64,000 nt of DNA, taken from the NCBI GenBank assembly GCA_963555755.3, contig OY820905.2, positions 3,456,001-3,520,000 of the forward strand. The letters run 5' to 3'. Position numbers and translations under genes: made by a program. A model generated the notes under the pieces. It did not search any database. It had not been told where the DNA came from and worked only from the letters and a program-made list of their open reading frames with translations. Source of the DNA: Nitrospirales bacterium (GTDB lineage Bacteria > Nitrospirota > Nitrospiria > Nitrospirales > UBA8639). Shown in pieces: positions 57,586 through 64,000 of this stretch. How positions within the stretch are numbered: the stretch's first letter is position 1; each line of letters starts with the position of its first letter.

Positions 57586-59760
57586 TTACACAAGCCAATA
57601 GAAAAGCCCTATAGCTGCCACTAACCAAAAAATCATGACCAATAAATGGTGCTGAAGCGTCCGTGGTTCGATTCTCTGCAAAAGATGACCTGTTGCATCG
57701 GCCTCCCGTCCCAACCGTTCGACATTCTTTTCAATCCCGCGAATATCGATAACCTGCCAGAGCCACTGAGCCAGGTTCACGGTTTGACCACCAATCCCAA
57801 CTACCCTTCGATCAATGCCTTTGACATCCACTACTTGCCACAGCCAACGAGCGAGGCTCACGGTTTGACGCCCAATCCCAACCACCCCGCGATCTATTCC
57901 TCTGACATCTACAACCTGCCACAGCCATCTGGCCAACGTAACCGATACCCCAGCAATACCACTAATGAAGCGATCAATACCTCCAAGATCAACAGTCCGC
58001 CATAACCATGTGGACAATCGAAGTGTGGGTTGAATCACATAGACTTCGTAGATCTCATCAAAATACAATTTATTCAAAAAAAGTACATACAAAGTTTTTC
58101 CCCATTCCGACTGTGCCAGGAATGATGGTCGGGGTTTGATATGAAGGAAGTAGGCAAAACCCCATCCGCAAAATGCCACGACAAGCGGTAACATGATCCA
58201 CAAAGAGATTCCCCCAAACGTGGTCTGTTCATTGAGGAGTGGAACAGGCTGCCCCAATGCCGGTGCCAGGAATTGAACAAACCACCCCCACAACACCATG
58301 AGAACGCTCACCAACATCACGCCCGCAACGAAAAGTCCTACGAGGTGTGAAGGCGAAAACAACTGGGGCTGGACGACAAACGATTTCCCACCTTCCACAT
58401 CTCTGACTGAGGGTCCGCCCTGAAAGAATAAGAGGATTCCCCGAAAGAGATACATCGCCGTAAAAAAGACAGTGGCTAAGCCCATCACCCAAAAGACAGT
58501 TTTGGCTGAAGCAAAATTATGCACGGTCCACAAATATTCATAAGGCCCTGAAAAGATCACGAAAGGAGGAATGCAGGCTAACACCAGTGCGCCAACAGAC
58601 AAAGACCATGCTGGCCTCGAGGTCGGCCCATGGCCAACATCAGACTGAGGATGGCCGTGGGCTTGAACCGACCGTAGGGCGTTCCCTGTAGACAGGAATA
58701 AAAATGCTTTCAAACATCCATGAGCTAACACATGAAACGTCGCGGCCACAAACGCCCCAATGCCGCAGGTCATGATCATGAACCCAATTTGACTGATCGT
58801 GGAGTAAGCGAGAATCTTTTTAATATCGGTCTGCGTCAGTGAGACAATCGCCGCGAACAGAGCCGTCACCGCACCGACAACCGCGATGACGGTCATAGCC
58901 AGTGGCGAGAAAACAATCAACGGACTTAAACGAATGAGAAGGAAGGGCCCCGCATTCACCATGGTTGCCGCATGGATCAGCGCTGAGACAGGGGTGGGCG
59001 CTTCCATGGCAAACGGCAACCATACATGGAAAGGAAGTTGCGCGGACTTTCCCATTGCACCCATCAACAATAAAAGGGAAATCACTGTCAGGGTGTGAAC
59101 TGAGTATTCAAGCCCTATCCATCCCAACAGATTCATCGTATGCCCACGCATGCTGTCCGCCTGAATCAAAATTTGTTGAATGTCGAGAGTCCCAAATGTG
59201 GCAAAGGTCAGGATGATTCCGAACCCGAGTCCAACATCCGCAACGGCGTTGACTAAAAACGCTTTCGTGGCGGCCTGGCATGCTGATTGTCTTTGAGCAT
59301 AATGGGAGATCAAGAGATAGGAACAGATCCCCATGATCTCCCAACAGATAAACAACATGAGCAGGTTGCTACTCATCACCAACATCACCATGGAAAAGGT
59401 AAACAACGCGATGACCGCGAAGAAACGATTGTAACGGGGATCCCCGATCATGTATCGGGAAGAGTAGATGTGAACGATGCTGCTGACCCCTGTGACCAAC
59501 ATCAACAAGAGGACGGTGAGTTGGTCGATATACAGACCAAGGTCGACGACGAGATTTCCGGACTGAATGAAGCGGTAGAGAGGAACTGATATGGCTCCGT
59601 TCCTTACAACCTCAATGAATGCGCCTACCGACAATCCGAAGGATACACCTATCGCAGGAATCGCAACTTTGTGGCTTTTCTCTCCCACCCACCGCCCGCC
59701 CAACGCGAGAGTAAGAAACGCCACCAAAGGAAGAAGCGGGATCAGAACGTAAACTGACAT
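57586..59760 (-). CDS. NuoL/MrpA-like antiporter-type subunit with extended C-terminal helix
   Basis: WEIMG, GKSAQLPFHVWLP.AMEAPTPVSALIHAATMV, AYSTISQIG; 27-aa repeats at the C-terminus. Confidence 0.9.
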   Translation of the reverse strand: MSVYVLIPLLPLVAFLTLALGGRWVGEKSHKVAIPAIGVSFGLSVGAFIEVVRNGAISVPLYRFIQSGNLVVDLGLYIDQLTVLLLMLVTGVSSIVHIYSSRYMIGDPRYNRFFAVIALFTFSMVMLVMSSNLLMLFICWEIMGICSYLLISHYAQRQSACQAATKAFLVNAVADVGLGFGIILTFATFGTLDIQQILIQADSMRGHTMNLLGWIGLEYSVHTLTVISLLLLMGAMGKSAQLPFHVWLPFAMEAPTPVSALIHAATMVNAGPFLLIRLSPLIVFSPLAMTVIAVVGAVTALFAAIVSLTQTDIKKILAYSTISQIGFMIMTCGIGAFVAATFHVLAHGCLKAFLFLSTGNALRSVQAHGHPQSDVGHGPTSRPAWSLSVGALVLACIPPFVIFSGPYEYLWTVHNFASAKTVFWVMGLATVFFTAMYLFRGILLFFQGGPSVRDVEGGKSFVVQPQLFSPSHLVGLFVAGVMLVSVLMVLWGWFVQFLAPALGQPVPLLNEQTTFGGISLWIMLPLVVAFCGWGFAYFLHIKPRPSFLAQSEWGKTLYVLFLNKLYFDEIYEVYVIQPTLRLSTWLWRTVDLGGIDRFISGIAGVSVTLARWLWQVVDVRGIDRGVVGIGRQTVSLARWLWQVVDVKGIDRRVVGIGGQTVNLAQWLWQVIDIRGIEKNVERLGREADATGHLLQRIEPRTLQHHLLVMIFWLVAAIGLFYWLV

Positions 59761-59863
59761 AGGCTATCTAAAGAATGAACGATTATGAAATTGTTGAACA
59801 ATTCATTTTTCTGACATCAACTGTGCTATCTGATCGATTAAGATAGATTGCCAAGTAGGAATG

Positions 59864-59984
59864 GGGAATGTTCAAAAAGGTTGTCCAGCAAGGCCGCAGG
59901 GCCTTTGGCGCGCGCAGCGTACACGGAGTACGTGAGCACGACAAAGGCTCGAGAACGCAGCTGGCGGCCTTTTTCAACATTCCC
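59864..59984 (+). mobile_element. MITE family D inside the mrp/nuo cluster
   Basis: GGGAATGTTCAAAAAGG...TTTTTCAACATTCCC with the shared core. Confidence 0.75.
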
Positions 59985-59991
59985 CTTAAGA

Positions 59992-61461
59992 TTACAGCCC
60001 CGCGGGCAGAGCTGAATCAAGCAAAAACCCTACAATGGGATCACTGAACAACCCTAAAAGGATGATCGCGGCTGACACAACACCTATACTCACTTTCATA
60101 GATAATGGCGCCTCAACAGAAATGATCCCTGAAGATGGTTGAGTATCACGAAAAATACGTTCAAAGAGCTTAATGAAATAGGCCAACGTCAAAACAGTAG
60201 AGATGATCACCGCCGCAACCGCGAGATAATTCTGGGCTTCAAGAGCGCCAAGGATGATATACCATTTGCCAAAAAATCCACCGGTTGGGGGAAATCCAAC
60301 CATCGACATGGCCATGATGATGAGCGCACCCGTCATCCATGGCGCTTGTCCTCGCAAACGGCCCAAATCCTCGATGGTCCGAACGCCATACTGATACATC
60401 GCGGCACCTGCCAGGAAAAAGAGGGCGGCCTGCATAACCGCATCATTGATTAAATAAAACACCCCTCCTGCAAAACCCGTCGGATTTCCAATACCGACCC
60501 CGATGAGGATCAACCCAATATGAGAAATCCCACCATAGGCGAACATTCGTTTAACTTCATGTTGTGTCAATGCCAGAAATGCCCCAACCACTGCGGCAAG
60601 GGCCCCCAACTCCACCAGAAGGAACAGGACTGGAACATGTTCAATTTCCGCATTCGCACCCACCACCCAAAACATGATCCGGATCCAGGCGAGTAAGGCC
60701 ACTTTGGTGACCAAAGAAGCGAGGAAAGGTGAAATGGCGTCCGGTGCATGAGTATAGGCATCAGGCAACCACCCATGAAGTGGCATGAGTGCCATCTTAA
60801 TTCCGAGGCCGAGGAACATGAAAATCAACCCTCCAACGATGGCTTTGGAAGTTAATAATTCAGGCACTCGCTGAGCCAAGTCCGCCATGTTGAGCGTTCC
60901 CGTCGCCGCATAAAAGTAGCCCACCCCTAATAAATACAAGGAGGCCCCAAGCGTGCCCAAAATGAGATATCGAAAGGCGGAGACGAGAGCTTTCCCACCT
61001 GCAACTCCTACCAGGGCATACCCGGATAACGCGGCAACTTCCAGGAACACAAACACGTTAAATAAATCCCCAGCGAAGACGATCCCTGTAACCGCTGCAA
61101 TCAACAAAAGGATCAAGGTGTAGTAGGGCACAATCCGTTGTCCAAGCGCAGAAGACGATGTCGGACCTGCATTGATCAAGGAAATCAATGCCAATAGGCT
61201 GAGGGTCACCATGATGACACTCGCCAGCCCATCATCGACCCATTCAATGCCAATGGGAGGCGCCCAGCCGCTGAAGGCATAACGAATTTCTCCTGAATCC
61301 ATGACGACGACAATATTGGCAATCGATGCGACACTCATGGCAGAGACAGCCGCTATTGCCATCGGTTGACACCACTCACGATGTTTCAATCCGACCATGG
61401 GCAAAGAGATGGCTGTCAAGAAGGGAAGCAGGAAGAGGAGCGCGGGAAGGTGATGACTCAT
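59992..61461 (-). CDS. mrpD: Mrp antiporter subunit D
   Basis: GWAPPIGIE, DLFNVFVFLE, TGTLNMADL, PLHGWLPDAY. Confidence 0.87.
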   Translation of the reverse strand: MSHHLPALLFLLPFLTAISLPMVGLKHREWCQPMAIAAVSAMSVASIANIVVVMDSGEIRYAFSGWAPPIGIEWVDDGLASVIMVTLSLLALISLINAGPTSSSALGQRIVPYYTLILLLIAAVTGIVFAGDLFNVFVFLEVAALSGYALVGVAGGKALVSAFRYLILGTLGASLYLLGVGYFYAATGTLNMADLAQRVPELLTSKAIVGGLIFMFLGLGIKMALMPLHGWLPDAYTHAPDAISPFLASLVTKVALLAWIRIMFWVVGANAEIEHVPVLFLLVELGALAAVVGAFLALTQHEVKRMFAYGGISHIGLILIGVGIGNPTGFAGGVFYLINDAVMQAALFFLAGAAMYQYGVRTIEDLGRLRGQAPWMTGALIIMAMSMVGFPPTGGFFGKWYIILGALEAQNYLAVAAVIISTVLTLAYFIKLFERIFRDTQPSSGIISVEAPLSMKVSIGVVSAAIILLGLFSDPIVGFLLDSALPAGL

Positions 61462-61835
61462 TCCAATCTCTTCAAAATTTCATCTTCATCCAAGGTGCCA
61501 TATTTCCGATAAATCGCCGCGACCAAGGCCAAAGAGACGCCCAAGGTCGCGACCTGGACCACGATCGCCGTTAACGTCAAGACATGCGGTAATGGATTGG
61601 TATAGGTGGCAGCTTGGACTGGGCCTGTTCCGGACAACAGAATAGGAACCGTGGCTCCTGTTTTCGCACTGATTGCCACGAGAAAAAAAATCACGCTGGT
61701 CTGCACGATGTACATGCCAATGAGCTTTTTGACAAGGTTATGGTGGGTCACCATGATGTAGAAGCCCCAGAGAAACAGGATCACGAAGGCAATAAAGTTT
61801 GACCGGTGAAGCCACGTCTCAATGAGTTCAAGCAT
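61458..61835 (-). CDS. mrpC: Mrp antiporter subunit C
   Basis: NLVKKLIG, NPLPHVL.LTAIVV. Confidence 0.87.
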   Translation of the reverse strand: MLELIETWLHRSNFIAFVILFLWGFYIMVTHHNLVKKLIGMYIVQTSVIFFLVAISAKTGATVPILLSGTGPVQAATYTNPLPHVLTLTAIVVQVATLGVSLALVAAIYRKYGTLDEDEILKRLE

Positions 61836-62277
61836 GTGAGTCCTCGTCGTTGTCGTTGGACGACAAACTAAACACAATAGAGATAACCGTCACGGCGACA
61901 TCGACCGCTACACCAATTTGTGTCAGCATGATGCCCACATAACGGCGTGAAGCGACCTCGAGGCCGTAGATTTCGAGGGCGGCGTAATTCAAAAACTCCC
62001 CTCCCCCGATCAGACACAACCCACCGACCCCAGCAAATATCAGCAAACCAAGCCCATCACCATGCACCACCTTCTGCGCCACATTGCTATACGAAGCGTG
62101 AGGACCAAAAATGAGGATCGATAAAATCATACTCGTGCCAAAAATCACCCCACCCACAAATCCTCCCCCGGGGCCATACTGTCCAAAGAACAGCACATAC
62201 AATCCATACAATTGCATTAAGGGAATCAAGAGTCGTCCTAACATGAGAACAATGACACTATCGTGCGCTTGGATCAT
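61828..62277 (-). CDS. mrpB: MrpB/MnhB-domain subunit
   Basis: GPGGGFVGG motif. Confidence 0.82.
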   Translation of the reverse strand: MIQAHDSVIVLMLGRLLIPLMQLYGLYVLFFGQYGPGGGFVGGVIFGTSMILSILIFGPHASYSNVAQKVVHGDGLGLLIFAGVGGLCLIGGGEFLNYAALEIYGLEVASRRYVGIMLTQIGVAVDVAVTVISIVFSLSSNDNDEDSHA

Positions 62278-62804
62278 GCCTTGTTTCTCCTGAGCAACAA
62301 GGCACAGGCAATCCCGGCTGTAAAAATCACAACGGTCTCAAGCAACGTATCGAAAGCGCGGTAGTCCATAAGAACCGAGGTCACGACATTGGGGGTAAGG
62401 GTATCGTGCATACTGTTTTCCAAGTACACGGGAGAAATATGAACGCTTGCAGGAGAGGCAGGATCTCCAAATTTGGGAAGATCCTCGGCCGCATACAAGA
62501 GGAGAAAGCCAAGCAGAGGCAATCCGATCAACGCGGCCCAGGGAGGGGGCGGACGATGAAGGCGAGTATCCTTTGGAGCTGTCTCAAATAGCGTCAAGAG
62601 AAAAAACACCGTCCCCAAGCCCGCGCCCACGACTGCTTCAACAAACGCCACATCTACAGCTCCAATCCATGCCCACACCAACGCTAAAAAGAAACTGTAG
62701 GACCCCAAAATAAACACCGCTGGCACCAAGTCTTTGACCAGAATGGCTCCACCCGCTGTCAGAATCAGGAGAATCAGTAGAGGAATTTCAAATGAAAACG
62801 TCAT
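62274..62804 (-). CDS. DUF4040/MbhE-type Mrp subunit (split MrpA C-terminus / MrpB N-terminus)
   Basis: A.DVAF.EA.VGAG, PNVVT.VL.DYRAFDTL.E. Confidence 0.82.
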   Translation of the reverse strand: MTFSFEIPLLILLILTAGGAILVKDLVPAVFILGSYSFFLALVWAWIGAVDVAFVEAVVGAGLGTVFFLLTLFETAPKDTRLHRPPPPWAALIGLPLLGFLLLYAAEDLPKFGDPASPASVHISPVYLENSMHDTLTPNVVTSVLMDYRAFDTLLETVVIFTAGIACALLLRRNKA

Positions 62805-63100
62805 GGTTGTTCTCGCCCCCAAGGTTTGAGGCCAGAGCGAAGCGCCGCGCGAATGGTGGCATGTGAAACGACAGGATTCAATAGATACAGAAGAGCCAGA
62901 ACCACGAGAATTTTGAGCAGGTTCAAGCTGAATCCTTGGTAAATGGCCAACCCTGCCAATACCAGAAACGCACCCAAGGAGTCAGTCAGTGAGAGGGCAT
63001 GTGAGCGGGTAAACACATCTGGCAAACGCAGCATGCCAATGGCCGCGACGATCAGAAAAAACAATCCTGCGAGAATAAAAACGATGGCAATCAGAGACAT
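62801..63100 (-). CDS. mrpG: Mrp antiporter subunit G
   Basis: G.LRLPDVFTR.HA. Confidence 0.87.
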   Translation of the reverse strand: MSLIAIVFILAGLFFLIVAAIGMLRLPDVFTRSHALSLTDSLGAFLVLAGLAIYQGFSLNLLKILVVLALLYLLNPVVSHATIRAALRSGLKPWGREQP

Positions 63101-63367
63101 TTACGCCCTTCCTCGCTGTTCAAGAAATTTGGCAATGGCCAAGGCACCCACGAGATTGAGCAAGGCATATCCCGTGGAGATATCCACGAACATGTCCACC
63201 CGCCCATATACGGTCCCGATCACCACCAGCAAAATAATGGCTTTCGTCGAGATGCCATTGAGGCCCAACACTTGGTCAAACACTGTGGGGCCTTGGACCA
63301 CACGGTACAAATACGCCAAAATTAAGATCACAAGGACGATCAACACGAACAGAAAAAAGAATTTCAT
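63101..63367 (-). CDS. mrpF: Mrp antiporter subunit F
   Basis: R...GPT..D motif. Confidence 0.85.
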   Translation of the reverse strand: MKFFFLFVLIVLVILILAYLYRVVQGPTVFDQVLGLNGISTKAIILLVVIGTVYGRVDMFVDISTGYALLNLVGALAIAKFLEQRGRA

Positions 63368-63861
63368 GCTGAACCCTCTTGCTGCCGAAACACCTTGGCA
63401 ATTTTTTGTTCGAGCCGTTGACTGGTCAAATCATCGCCAGATGCATCATCCATCGCATGGACGATGAGTTCCTGAGCATTCACTTCAGCCGTGATCGTGC
63501 CAGGAGTCAGCGTAATGGAATTTCCTAGAAGAACGATGGCGGCTTGGCCCTGCAACTTGGTTCGGTAGTGAATAAGCTTCGGATCAATGGGAAGAGCAGG
63601 ATGAAGAATGAGGGCAGTCAGATGAAGACTGCTGAGCACAATGCGCCCAAAGAGCCACGGGAAATACCCCAAAATTCGCAACAGGGGTAAGTTTCGGAAA
63701 GGAGAGTCTGCGTGGCCTGAATTCAGCCAAGCCACGCCAAAAGACACCACGAGCCCGAGGCCCATATGAAACGGGTTATATTTTCCTGACAAAATGAGCC
63801 AAATGACAAAAAAAACCAAACTCTTCAAGATGAGTGTTTTATAGAGGCTAGAGTTCATCAT
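63364..63861 (-). CDS. mrpE: Mrp antiporter subunit E
   Basis: NSITLTPGTI, VHA. Confidence 0.88.
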   Translation of the reverse strand: MMNSSLYKTLILKSLVFFVIWLILSGKYNPFHMGLGLVVSFGVAWLNSGHADSPFRNLPLLRILGYFPWLFGRIVLSSLHLTALILHPALPIDPKLIHYRTKLQGQAAIVLLGNSITLTPGTITAEVNAQELIVHAMDDASGDDLTSQRLEQKIAKVFRQQEGSA

Positions 63862-63882
63862 GTTTCTGGGTCTATGAAAATC

Positions 63883-64000
63883 CTACCCACCCGCGGTCAA
63901 CGCCATGTGTTCCCAAGTTGCATCAGGGTTATATCGATGAATCTCAAAGGTGTTGGGGTCCAGTGCAATAAGATTAAGCCATTGGTTATGGAAAAGCTGC
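63883..64000 (-). CDS. 3' end of a probable DUF2309/DabA inorganic-carbon transporter subunit (truncated by window)
   Basis: Manual translation QLFHNQWLNLIALDPNTFEIHRYNPDATWEHMALTAGG* resembles the recalled DUF2309 C-terminus (LxxNxWlxLxxxD). Confidence 0.6.
   Translation of the reverse strand, partial: QLFHNQWLNLIALDPNTFEIHRYNPDATWEHMALTAGG

Noticed and set aside
56036..59760. Part of canonical respiratory complex I
   Set aside because: No nuoA-K or nuoN adjacent; the context is mrpEFGBCD

Overview
64 kb of a bacterial chromosome, most likely a Nitrospirota (Nitrospira-like) autotroph; this is inferred from the five-subunit-type 2-oxoacid:ferredoxin oxidoreductase, the Dab/Mrp-type cluster and general gene content. 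Housekeeping genes include the oxidoreductase A/B/G/E subunits, a full isc operon, PBP1A, a Fur/PerR-rubrerythrin-FeS oxidoreductase-DUF3501 operon, a GyrB/ParE-type subunit, an ArsM-like/ArsS pair, pgl, purC, HU, gcvP and priA. The most notable items are: (1) a tRNA-Asn(GTT) gene split inside the anticodon (35/36) by a 557-nt group I intron with a nonsense-interrupted HNH endonuclease in its P1 loop; (2) a DabA(DUF2309)-like gene end followed by mrpEFG-B-B-C-D-nuoL-nuoM, where the NuoL-like lateral helix carries four 27-aa units; (3) three integron cassettes with attC sites and a candidate attI but no integrase, bracketed by an inverted repeat pair; (4) IS4 and IS1595 insertions with target-site duplications, the latter splitting an ECF sigma gene; (5) at least five MITE families, several sharing an ERIC-like core, plus REP-like arrays; (6) a PriA with degenerate helicase motifs. 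All calls come from reading the sequence and recalled family motifs; no database searches were run.
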